A DNA stretch of 64,000 bases from Lama guanicoe (Eukaryota). The notes beneath the pieces were generated by a model, which ran no database searches, was not told the origin of the DNA, and saw only the letters and a list, made by a program, of their open reading frames with translations. Shown piece by piece: positions 13,786-26,203 of the stretch. The first letter of the stretch is position 1; each line of letters begins with the position of its first letter. Location: positions 9,879,231 through 9,943,230 of the forward strand of contig MU054187.1 in assembly GCA_013239625.1 (NCBI GenBank). Direction: 5' to 3'. The translations under genes were made by a program, and so were the position numbers.

Positions 13786-15164
13786 ATGCTACTACTGTTG
13801 TGCTCGCAGATCAGGCCAACACTGTTCAGTTTCACCTAGAATAATTAGGGCTGTTAAATAAGGAAAACATGCTATTAATAAAATATTGCTTTATATGAGA
13901 TATCCATATGTGGTCCATAAGTCTGAGATAACCCATTTTTTAAAAGTCATCCAGAAAGTATAGCTATTTAAGTGATAAATATTCCAGTTTCTCCAGTTGT
14001 GTTTTATATTCTCTCCTTAAACCAAGCACCTCAATTTTTGTGGTATTCTGGATATGAAATTAATGCTTAGGAGGGAAAAATGAATTCAGTGAAAGATAAT
14101 TTGTGTTCTTACACATTGGCATATAACTACCCAGGCTATATATTTAAAATGACCACAATAAAATATTTGAAGATATATAATATACCCTTAGATCTTCAGA
14201 ATGCAAAATATAATCTACAGAATAAAATTATGAAATCTTCATATAATTTTTGAGATTTGCATAAATTCATTATTTTCATAACAAAAATTTAAGCTTATTA
14301 CCTACAGATCAAATTTCAAACAAGACACAATAATATTCTGAACAAAGTTTATAGTTAAGTATAAGTAACTTTTCCTAATCTTGCCTTAAAAATATTTCAT
14401 AAAATATTTTATGATTAAAGTGTAAAGAATAACACCACGCCCATGGATCCACAGGTCAGCTTAAAATATAAAACATTAGAAGTACATTTGGAACCCTTCT
14501 GTACCTTTCTCTCTCTCTATTCTCTTAAATTTAGTGTATCCTAAATTTAGACATCCCTTTTCAGGTCTTTATACTGTTGCTACAGATATGTATCTAAACA
14601 ATATATAGTATTTTTTTTTACATTTTTAGATTCATAAATGCTATTATTTTGATTCCAACTTTTAAAAAATGTTTTGTTTGTGAGAATCATCAGAGTTGAT
14701 GTGTGTAGCTCTAGAAAATTTGCACTGCTGTATAATATCCCATTGTAAGAAATTTAGTTCTGATGATGATAGATTTTTTTAGTGTTTTAATTTTTTGCTT
14801 TTATAGTGTTGCCTTTATGGTTCTTGCGTATATGACATTTTTAGCACATGTGCAAGCGCTTCTTAGGTTTAAAACTAGGGATGGCTATTTCTGCATTGCA
14901 CATTTTCAACTTTACCGTACATATATTCTAAATTGTTCTCCAAAAGAGTCACTGGTAGTTAAGAGAATTTCTACTGCTCTAGTGCCTTTTACACCATTGT
15001 CAACCTTGATACTGGTAATCTTTAACTTTTTGCCAATCTGATGGATGTAAAATGATGTCTCATTGTTTTTGTTTACTTATTTCTCAGAGCTTTTCATTTA
15101 TAAAAATGAAACAAAAAATGGATGAATATATCCAAATCAGTAGCCTTAACTCCCCATTGTGCTT

Positions 15165-15378
15165 TTTTAAAAAAATTATTTATTTATTTATTTATTGATG
15201 TACAGTTACAGAGTGTCAATTTCTGGTGTACAGCACAATGTCCCAGTCATGCATATACATATATATATTTGTTTCATGTTCTTTTTCACTAAAGATTATT
15301 ACAAATATTGAATATAGTTACCTGTGCTATACAGAAGAAACTTTTTTAAAATCTATTTTTACATATAGTGGCTAACAT
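15165..15378 (-). mobile_element. Young lineage-specific L1 3' end
   Basis: GTGTCAATTTCTGGTGTACAGCACAATGTCCCAGTCATGCA; same family as the plus-strand copy at about 59.03-59.12 kb. Confidence 0.7.
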
Positions 15379-15384
15379 CTTGTG

Positions 15385-15520
15385 TTTTTTGTTTATTTTG
15401 GGGGGGAGGTAATTAGGTTTGTTTATTTATTTTTCAATGGAAGTACTGGGGATTGAACCCAGGACCTTGTGCATGCTAACTAAGCATGTGTTCTACCACT
15501 GAGCTATACCTTTCACCCCT
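15385..15520 (-). mobile_element. tRNA-derived SINE (camelid Vic-1-like)
   Basis: Minus strand reads GGTATAGCTCAGTGGTAGAAC (A box)...GGTTCAATCCCCAGTAC (B box)...AAACCTAATTACCTCCCCC plus A tail. Confidence 0.8.
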
Positions 15521-17649
15521 TCCTCATTGTGTTTTAATTTGCCATTAGATGAGAGTCTTTTCCTGTTTATTGACCATGTGGAATTCCTTTTTTGTTAATT
15601 GTGGTTTCTTATATTTCTCCTATTTTTCCTTTTGGGTTCTGTTTTTATAAGCAATTTTTAGATACATGTGTATTTCTATCAGATACTAATATTTTGTTGA
15701 TTATGTATGTAGCAAATATTTATTTCCAGGCTGTAGCTTATCTTTTCTCCTTTATTTTCCAGTTTGTTTTTAATAGAATCTTATAAAAACCGTAGGCTAT
15801 ATTTTTTTAATGTAGTAAAATGTATCAAAAATGCTTTGCTCATGTTTTATGCTTTTTGTAGCTTTAGTAACGCCTTCCCTATCCTAATTTTAAGGGAAAG
15901 ACCTATATTTTCTTCTAAATATATCAAAGTTTTGCTTTGCAAATTATGGTCTTTATCTAGAATTGATTAATGTGCAAAAGGTGAGACAGAGATTTAATTT
16001 TATTTTTTCTTATGGAGAACCAGTTATCCCAGCACTGTATGCATGATTCTTTTCTCATCTATTCATTTATGTACCTACCCCCAGGTCAATCCTGTCTAAG
16101 TTAGTACAGCTTAGTAATATCTCCCCACCTTGGTTATTCTTGGTTCTAAGTCTTTTTTACTTTCTAATTTTTTTTATTATGGTAAAATATAAAATTTACC
16201 ATCTTAATCACTTTATAACTCTACAGTTCAGTAGTACTAAACACATTTTATACAATGTATATAATATATTCATAATATTATAACAACATTCAGTGGTACT
16301 AAACATATTTATAATATTATACAACCAACATCTACTTCCAGTACTCTTTTCATCTTGCAAAACTGAAATTCTATCCCCATTAAACAATAACTCCCTAACC
16401 CTCTCCCTTCCACGCTGGCCCAGGCAACCACCATTCTATATTGTCTCTGATTTTGATGACTCTGAGAACCTCATATAAGTGGAATGACATTTTGTTTTCG
16501 TGACTGACTTACTTCACTTAGCATGATGTTGTCCTCAAGTTTCCTTCTTGTTGTAGCATAAGTCAGAATTTTCTTCCTTTTTAAGATTGAATAATATTCC
16601 ATTGTATGTATATACCAGATTTTCCTTATCATTCACCCATCTATGGACTCTTGGGTTGCTCCCATGTTTTAGCTATTGTGAATAATGCTCATGTGAACAT
16701 GGGTGTACAAATATCTCTTCGAGACTCTGTTTTCACTTCTTTTGGGTATATATACAGAAGTAGAATTGCTGGATTATATGGTAATTCTACTTTTAACTTT
16801 TTAAGTAACTGCCATATTTTTTTCCACAGCAGCTTTACCATTGTACATTCCAACCAACAGTGCACAAGAGTTTCAATAACCCTACATCCTCGCTAACACT
16901 TGTTATTATCTGTATTTTTAATAGTAACCATCATAATGGGTGTGGTATCTCATTTTAGTTTTGATACATATTTCCCTAATGATTAGTGATATTGAGCATC
17001 TTTTCATGTGCTTATTAGCCATTTGTATATCTTCTTTGGAGAAATGTCTATTTAAGGTCCTTTGCCCATTTTTTAATCAAGTTGTTTCCACATTGTTGAA
17101 TTGTAGACCCCTATCAGATATTTGTTTGCAAATATTTTCAAATTCTTTGCCCATTTGAGGTTTAAGAGTTCTCTGTATATTCTGGATATCAATCTCTTAT
17201 CAGATATATGATTTGCAAATATTTCTTTCCATCCTTTGTGTTGTCTTTTTACTCTGCTGATGGTGTCTTTTGATGTGCAAATTTAAAATTTTTCATGAAA
17301 TATCATTTACCCATTTTTAATTTTGTTGCCTGTGTAATTGGTGTCATTGCCAAATCCAATATTGTGAAGCTTTGGCTCTATGTTTTCTTCTAAGTGCTTT
17401 ATAGTTTTAGGTCTTACATTGACGCCTTTAATCCACTTTGAGTTAATCTTTATATATGGTGTTAAGGGTCCAAATACATTCTTTATATATGGACATCCAA
17501 CTTTCCTAGCCTCATTTGTTGAAGAAAAGACTATCCTTTCCTCCTTGAATGGTCTTGACACTGTTGTCAAAAATCATTTGACTATGTATGTGAAGGTTTA
17601 TTTCTATGCTTTGTATTTTATTCCATTGGTCTATATGTCTATCTTTGGG

Positions 17650-17762
17650 TTTGGTTTGTGTGTGTGTGTGTGTGTGAAGAGGGTAGATAACTAGGTTTAT
17701 TTGTTCATTTATTTTTTTTAATGGAGGTACTGGGGATTGAACCCAAGACCTTGTGTGTGCAT
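17650..17762 (-). mobile_element. 5'-truncated copy of the same tRNA-derived SINE
   Basis: GGAGGTACTGGGGATTGAACCCAAGACCTTG shared with the copy at 15439-15470. Confidence 0.7.
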
Positions 17763-20289
17763 GGTCTGAATTTTGCTGAATTCATTTCTTAGTTCTGCAA
17801 ACATATAGTTTTACTTCTTCCTTTCCGTTTTGGATGCTTTTTATTTCTTTTTCCTGGCAGATGTTTCTGGCTAGAACTTCCAGTGTGATGTTGAATAGAA
17901 GTGGTGAAAGTAAGCATTCTTGCCTTAGAGGAAAAGCTTTCAGTCTTTCACCATTACGTCTGATGTTCAGTTTGGGTTTTTCATCTATGGCTTTTATTAT
18001 GTTGAGGTAGTTTCTTTCTATTACTAGCTAGTTGAGTATTTTTATCATGAAAATTCAGGTTGTTGAGTTTTGTCAAATGTTTTTTTCTGCACTGTGTGTT
18101 TTTTCCCTTCATTCTGTTACTGTAGTGTGTTATATTGATCAGTTTTTCTATGTTGACCATCCTTGTATTCTAGGAATAAATCCCACTTACTCAATGGTGT
18201 ATAATCCTTTTAATATTCTGGTGAATTTGGGTTTTAGTATTTTGTGGAGGATTTTTGCATTAGTTTTCATAAGGGATATTTGTCTATAGTTTGCTTGTAG
18301 TGTCTTTGTCTGATTTTGGTATCACAGTAATGTTGGCCTCACAGAATGAGTAAGGATGTGTTCCTTTCTCTTCAAGGTTTTGGAAAAGTTGAAGGACTGG
18401 TCTTTTTCTTAAAATGTATGGTAGCACTGACCAGTGAAGCCACAGGAGCAGGGTTTTTCTTTGTTGGGATAGTCTTGATTACTGATTCAATTTCCTTCCT
18501 AGTTATATATCAGATTTTCTATTTCTTTATGATTTAGTATTGATAGAACTTGTGATTCTAGAATTTTTTTCATTTCATCTAGGTTATCCAATTTTTGGCC
18601 TACAATTCATCGTACTCTCTTATAATCCTTTTCATTTTGTAGAATTGGTAGTAATGCCCACTTTCACTTCTCATTTTAGTTAATTGCATATTTTTTTCTT
18701 AGTCCATATAATAAAAATTTGTCAATTTTATTGATCTTTTCAAAGAACCAGTTTTTGGTTTCATTGCTTTTCTCTATATTCAGAATATATTCTGTATTCT
18801 CTATTTCGTTTATCTATGCTCTCATCATTATTTTCCCTTCTTTCTGCTAGCCTTGGTTGAGTTATTTTTCTAGTTCCTTAAGCTGTGAAGTTAGCTTGTT
18901 GATTTGAGATCTTTCTTGTTTCTTCTGTCGGCATATATAGCTATAAATTTCCCTCTTAGTATTGCTTTTGGTGTGTCCCATAAGTTTTGGTGTGTTTTGT
19001 TTTCATTTTCATTTATCTCTAAATATTTTCTAATTTCTCTTGTTATTTCTTTTTTGATCCATTGCTTATTAAGAGTGTGTTGCTTAAAGTTGGAATTTTA
19101 CAATTTTATTTTTACTGATTTTTAACTTTATCTCATTGTGGTCAGAGAAAATACTTTGTATGATATCTATCTTTTAAAATCTGTTGATATTTGATTTGGG
19201 GCCTAACATATGATCTATTCTGGAAAATGTTCCATGTGCACTTTAGAAGGTGCTTGCTGTTGTTGGGTAGAATATTCTGTACATGTCTTAGATTTAGTTC
19301 TCCTATTATATTGTTTAAGACCACCTGTGTTTCTTTACTTTTGTCTGGTTGTTTTATCCAGTATTGAGAGTAGAATATTAAAGTCTACAATTATTATTGT
19401 ATAACTGTTTCTTTCTTCAATTGTCAGTTTTTGCTTCATATATTTCGATGGTCTTTCATTAGGTACATAAATGTTCATCAACTCATAACACACAATACTA
19501 AAGACTGTTAACTCAAAAGAATGTGCATTGTAGCAGTCAGATCCACAACAGAAGGCCTGGTTTCATCAAACCATCACCATTTATCTTGTTAATATAAAAT
19601 TAAACTTCATTGATATTGGTACTATAGTTTGTTTTAGAGTAATTATAAGCTTCAGGAGTTTAAACTGAACCTAATTCAGATTTGGCTACATTTTATAACA
19701 GTATAATAAAAATAATTATGCCAACATTTGTGAGATATCCTTGATTTTCTTTAGAAGAGATTCATTATTTCCTAAAGTTTGAGAAATTGCTTTTTCTTAA
19801 CTTTTCCCTGCTACGTAGTTCTGTTATCTCAGGGCTCCACTTGTTAGGTTCTCTCTCTCTCTCCAGATTGCCGGTGGGGATACCTTAGAGCTGCTATATA
19901 GGGGCTTTGGGAATCAATTTTAGTAGACCCTTGACTTTCATCAATTTGGGCTCCTACAGGCTAGACGCGGGAGCGTTTCCAAAGTCAGTTTGTGTTTTCC
20001 TGAAGTAGCCCCACACTCAGGGCTTCCATATGCTCTAAATCGCCGGCTATGAGGCTTCCCCCTTTTCAAACCCGCAAATCCCGCTCCCTCAGCTTCCGGG
20101 CTACCCCTCCAGCCCGTGTCTCCTTCCTCTGGAGCTGTTTTCCAGCCTTGCCAGATTCTAGCCCTTTGTTTAAAATACAGACTTTCAGACTTTTCCTGGA
20201 AATTCTAGATGTCTGGAGATAAGGCTTAGGAATTTGCATTTAAACAAGTGCCCCAGGAAAGTTTTACTGGCAGGTATGTTTGAGAAACA

Positions 20290-20620
20290 TAGCTCTAGGG
20301 ATTCCTCGGTCCCTTCACTTCTCCCCTGAAGGCAACTCACCTTTCGCGGGATAAGCCGGGTCAGTAACTCAGGTTTGGTAGATTTCGCTGATGCTGGGCT
20401 CCTAAAGCAGCCCAAGTGCGGTTGCTGGGCGACCAGAAAGACGCTCTTGGTCGGCCGCGGCTCACGGTAAATCTCGCGAGGTCTCGGAAAGGGCTTTCTG
20501 TGGCCTCGCGTGGGTACAGCCTTATATGACGTGGCGGCTAGAGGCTGAAGGTAGCCACTAGGCAGGGTCCCGGTGGAGGTCGGTTAGCTTGATGAGGCCT
20601 TAAGGCATCGGTCAGATTAG
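20290..20620 (-). promoter_or_regulatory. PPP1R42 CpG promoter
   Basis: Local CpG enrichment; X-box-like GTTGCTGGGCGAC (20421-20433), TCTCGCGAGG (20472-20481), TGACGT (20527-20532). Confidence 0.75.
20341..20430 (-). other. PPP1R42: PPP1R42 non-coding exon 1 (5' end approximate)
   Basis: Strong donor AAG|GTGAGT at 20341/20340 within the only CpG-rich patch upstream of the first coding exon. Confidence 0.7.
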
Positions 20621-23600
20621 CGTTTTAGTGGGCTAACCAGTAGCCAGAACAATTTTTGGCAGGCCACCATTTCCCCCTACTGGATTATCCTTGCCATCAG
20701 CTTTGAACGTTTCAGTGCCCAGCTACCACGTTTTCCCAGTAGTAGATAGACCAGGGAACGCATTGTCTGAATCAAAGTACAGCCCATACTCCACCTTTTC
20801 TCGGATAAAATTCAAACTCCTTAGGTTGACATTCCAGTCCGTTTATAATGACCAGCCTCTTGCCCGCTATACTCCAGAATTTCCAATCTGACACTGGACC
20901 CAGAATGCCTTTCTAAAAAAGTTTTACCTTCTCTTCCCCGCTCCTCAAGGTGGCAAGAGGATTCGCCTTCTTTCCTTCTTAATTCTTATTTTTTATTTTA
21001 AGATTGAAGGACTCGTTTTGGATTTAGTGCATTTTCTTCTGAAGTCTTCCTAGGTTCTCAGTCTTGTTAAGTGATGCTCTTTTCTGCCCTCCAAACAACT
21101 CGGAAATGTAACTGCTTTAGCATAGCACTTAACACACTACTATGTTACTTACTCATATCTCTAATAAGAGGGTAAATTCTTTAAAGGCAAGGATTATATT
21201 TTACCTGACTATTCCCAGGACCTAGCAAAGTGCCTCGTACATTAGGAGTCACTCCTAAGTTTTTTAGGAAATGCATAATTACAAATGAAGGAGAAGAACA
21301 ATAGAACAAGAAACTGATATTTACGCTGGAAAGACTAGGACTCATTAGGGATATGGTAAAGTGAACAATATGGATTAAGGTTCAGTACAAGCTGGAAAAC
21401 AGTAATAGCTATGATATTGAGGGTAGGGGCATGCTGGAAAAGTCACTGCTGTTCCTTGTACAAAGAAGTGTCAGAGTAGAAGAGTTACAAGGTGTCTTAG
21501 AGCCCATATGTCTAGGTGGCTTAGAGCCCACAGTCCAACTTGGCATTTTGCAGGTAAGAAAGTTTCCAGGCCTAGAGAGAGGAGAGAAATATGCTGAAGG
21601 TGACACCTGAGGTGGCAGAGAATTTACCCTTGGGCTCCTAATTTCAAGCATAGGCCCCCCTTCTTTATATCTTCTGTCTGTTACAGTAAGAGTAGCCTAC
21701 AAAAAGGGACAGGGGGATAGGGACAGACGAAACCTTACCCAATTCAGAACATTGTTGCTGATGTCCAACTGTGAAGCAATGTTGGCCTGGGTTAGGGTGA
21801 AGGCAAATAAAGTGACAGGGAATAAACAGATTTAGGAGGCATCTTGAAGTATGATTTAATAGAGATTAGACAGGATAAAGGGGGGGGAGAAGTTGAAGAT
21901 AATTCTTGGGTATTGGCTAGGATAAAGGGACAATATTGGAGAAAGAGGAGAGCACAGCAAGTAATTTGAGGGGAAGTGAATGAGTTTCATTTACACATGT
22001 TAAGTGTGAAGTGAGATAGGCTTAATAGTTTCCAGAATAGAACTCATCATTGACACCATGAGGTCATAAATGGTGGTGAGGGAGAAAGTGGGGAAAAGAG
22101 AAATAGCAAGTCACTGACTATGCCAATTAGTTGGGATGGAAGAGGCAAGAAAAGCTAGTTAAGATGTCAGAGAAAGAGCCATCAGAGGTGAGATTTGTTC
22201 TGAGAAGAACAAATAATTATTCAATGATTCAGAAACCAATAAATTAGATTCAGACACTGGGGAAAGAATTTGAGGAAGAGGGTACCTAACAGAATAAACA
22301 GCTACAGAAGGATTTAAAGAAGTAAAAGAATAATCAAAATAACATGGCTTGAGAGGACAGCACAAATCAGATGCCCTTCTCATCTATTTTATAGGTCATT
22401 AATTTGGGAACGACAGATTCAGCTAAATATATGTAGGGCCATCCCATTGCTCGGTGTATCCCTTACTTAACTTGCTGCTAACATTACCTTACTAGAAACG
22501 TGTTGAGCAATGCCACATTGAAAACCACTTGCTCTGTTAATCCTTGTCTTGTAACAGCTTCATATGTCATTATAAAAAGGAGTATGATCTCATTTGTGGT
22601 AAAATTATATACATATTTGTGTCTAAAAGGATATACCTGTGTCTATATCTATACATGCATAGATTTAGATGTAGATCTTTATATATATTTATATCTCAAA
22701 ATATTTAATACTGGGGGTTTTTTTGGTGGTGGGATTATGCCTGTTTACTTTTCCTTCTTTTTTAGTAATCAACTTTTAAAAATATGATAAAATATATTCT
22801 GAAAGTCCATTTTGGATTCTGTTTTCATAGAAGTGAAAATCTCTTTGTGACTGCTAGTATTTAAAATAGGTTAAAATTGTTGAATCACTAATTAGTTTTT
22901 TAATGCAGCAAGTTAAGTTTAAGAGACAGTATTTTCTCATTAAGATGTGAAATATAATTCCTGTCTAGTGACACACAGTGTTAAACAATCAACTGTGTAT
23001 TTTCTGATGTGGCAGAAATTTGGCAGACTACAAGAAATACTTTCTTCAGTGCCATATTTGTAAGTTCAGCATAAAATACTGTAAAATTTACACTTTGATA
23101 GATACTGAGAAATTTGTATTTGTAAAAAGAAATTGTTGTGAGGTCTTGAGAATAATTTTAAAAGACACTCTTGGAAGAATATGCTAAATAGCATATTGAG
23201 AGTTTCATGGCTTTTTAATGACTTGGCATACATACTATGGGCACCAATGATAATTTCTTAAAAACTTAGTAACTGATTTGTATCATTTATTATATACTGT
23301 ATTCTATAAATGTAAATGATGATTACATAGGTTCTGAATAAAACCACTCGAAGGTATTTCTCCTGAGTTCCAGACCTATGCATCCAATTGGCTGCTAGAC
23401 ATTCATTCCGCCTAGATATGAATGTCCTAGAGGCAAAAAAAACCCTGAACCTGTCAAGAACTGAACTCATTTCTATTCTGCACAAATCTAATCTGCCTCC
23501 TCTAGTTCCTGTCTTGCCCACAGTCCAACCTGCTACACAAAGTAGAACCTGAGGCCATCTCCACTACTCTCTCACATGCTAGTACCCCATATTCATTCTA

Positions 23601-24734
23601 CTTAATCTCAGAAATGACTTTCAGATCCAGCAGTCTCTCCATGCTCCCATCACCACTTAAGAATGGATGTGAAAAGATATTGTCAAAGTCTATTTATTTT
23701 TTAAAAGTTCTATTAATTTTAATATACAAAGCTTTCTCAAGTTGTATTTTTAAAGTTATACCATGTTTAATACACAAAAACTCTTTCCTAAAATGGTTCA
23801 CTTTCACCCTCTGCTAGTGGGTCAAATTGTAACAAATATAGCAGGTATGAGATGTGACTGTAACTTAATGGATCTAAGCTGGAAATCATTTCATTACCTT
23901 AAAGTCACATTTATGTCATACAGTTAATGTATTTTAGAGTAAAAGTGTTTTCTGAAAAGTACTTTTGTAAACATTGCCACAAATGTTCTAATTCAAGTAA
24001 TGTTTTATCTTTATCCCTGAAACGTCTGTTGTCAGTTGAGGCTAATACTTTGGTTTGAGTCTTTCAGGAAGCATTTGCAAGAAAAGGACTTAGAATTTTG
24101 GAAAATTTTTAGATTAGATTTCAGGAAAAGTTCATTGCTTATGATTTAGGAATTTAAAAAATTGTCTTTCCAATCAAGGGTGGGGAACCTCTGTCTTCTA
24201 ACAGAGATCTAAGACACTGCTTAAGTTTATCAGGCCAATAATAAGTTCAGCAAAAGTTTAATTAGTTGGTGATGGATTAAGGCTAAGAGCCAAAATCACA
24301 GTGTAAATACACTCTATTCTGTATCTTTCAAAACAATTTGTTAAAATCAGTGAAAACATCTTGTATATTTGCATTTAATTGCTTTATTTTTTTGGCTCCT
24401 GTCTGCTTTTTTCGGTTAGCTTGTTTGAAAAGAGTTCCATTCCTTCATGCTTGTTTTTGAGAATTGCTGGTGCTTTTATAGTAATGTGTACAGCTGTTCG
24501 CGTATTTCTGCAATAGTAACCCTTGATTGAAAAATTAAAAAAACTTTTTCCATTCTTGTTTTAAATATGTCAAGAAGTTTGGAGAAAGATTTTCATTTTA
24601 TAATAATCTTATGGTGAAATAAGTCAGTTTCCCATAAAAAGGCATAAACAGTTAATTTTGCCATCCTAAAAACGCATATTGTTAATGTTTCTTAAAAGCA
24701 AATTGAAATGTCCATCAGATTTATTTCTTCACTG

Positions 24735-25275
24735 AACAGTGATTTACCAATTGCCTACCATGTGCCGTTGTTCAAGGTGCCAAGGAAGCAGGAGGTAGTT
24801 AGACCAAGTCCCCATCCCTGTGGTATTTACCTTCTGGTAAGGGAGACAGATAGTGAAAACTAAGTAAATCAGTGGCCAGGATGATTTCAGGTTATGGTAC
24901 ATTCTGTGAAGGAAATAAATAGAATAAAATGAGTGTGTGGAAGGTATAGAAGTTGGAGAGAAGGAGGGAGGTGGAGAGGTGTTTTCTTGAGATGAGAGAG
25001 ACCGGTTAGTCCTCTCTGTAGATGCAGAATTTGAGCTGAGACTTGAAAAATGAGGACCCTGAGGAGCCAGGCCTTTGAGAGCCTGGGAGAAAGTGTTCCA
25101 GGCCCAGGAAGCAGCCAGTGTGAGGGCCTGGATGGGGGAAAGAGCTGGATGAGCATAGCATCCCAGGACACAGTGGCTGGAGCATAGTGTGGAGGGAGAA
25201 CAGAATGAGAGGAAAACAGGAACTAGATCAGCCTTTAGGCAACAGTGGGCAATTTGGATTTTGGTTTATAGCAGG
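24735..25275. mobile_element. L2 LINE fragment
   Basis: L2-like motifs TTTGAGCTGAGACTTGAA, GTGTTCCAGGC, GTGGCTGGAGCATAGTG. Confidence 0.6.
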
Positions 25276-25557
25276 ATTTAAGCTCATAAGGCAGAATTTT
25301 CTTTTTGTTAGTGGGAAAAACTAACTTTATTATATTTAGAGTTCCACTTATAAGTTGAAATTCAAAATCTTGGTTGAAATGTAATGTTCTTATAGTGTGA
25401 TATTGATGTGATGAATATAGTATTCTCAAAGATGCTCTTAGAAATCTGGTAGCAGGAGCCTGAGAATTAGAAAATATACTTTCTACTTGTGCTCCCAAAT
25501 CTCATATTTAATATAGCTTTTGTTTCAGTTTTGCTCTTTGCTGAAATAGATAAAATA

Positions 25558-26203
25558 CTTTTTTATTGAGTTATAGTTCAGGTACAGTATTATGTAAGTT
25601 ACAGGTGTATAACATAGTGATTCACAAATTTTAAAGATTACATGCCATTTATAGTTACTATAAAATATTGGCTGTATTCCTTATGTTGTACAATATATCT
25701 TGGTAGCTAATTTTATACATAATAGTTTATATGTCTTACTCCCCTATCACTAATTGCCCCTCCCCCTTCCCTCTCCCCACTGGTAACTGCTAGTTTGTTC
25801 TCTGTATCTGTGAGTCTGCTACTTCTTGTTTTATTCACTAGTTTGTTGTATTTTTTAGATTCTACATATAAATGATATTATACAGTATTTGTCTTTCTCT
25901 GTCTGACTTATTTCACTTAGCATAATACCCTCCAAGTCCATCCATGTTGTTGCAAATGACAAAATTGCATTCTTTTTAATGGCTGAGTATCTTCTTTATC
26001 TATTTATTTACTGATGGACACTTACTTTGCTTCCATACCTTGGCAATTATAAATAGTGCTGCTATGAACATTGGGGTGCATGTATCTTTTCCAATTAGTG
26101 TTTTTTTTTTTTTTGGATATATAGCCAGAAGTGGAATTGCTGCATCCTAGAGTAGTTCTATTGTTAGTTTTTTGAGAAATCTCCATACTGTTTTCCACAG
26201 TGG
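25558..26203 (-). mobile_element. L1 3' end (ORF2 C-terminus and 3'UTR)
   Basis: TGACTTATTTCACTTAGCATAATACCCTCCAAGTCCATCCATGTTGTTGCAAATG...CTCCATACTGTTTTCCACAGTGG. Confidence 0.9.

Larger units (their letters stand above)
14400..19480 (-). mobile_element. Cluster of nested decayed L1 fragments (ORF2 and 3'UTR) in PPP1R42 intron 1
   Basis: ORF2-like peptide [27 protein letters not shown] (17307-17570); L1 antisense motifs such as TCTTCTTTGGAGAAATGTCTATT; many stops. Confidence 0.9.

Noticed and set aside
16293..19404. Many 60-100 aa hydrophobic ORFs
   Set aside because: Antisense or broken translations of decayed L1; no intact ORF1 or ORF2
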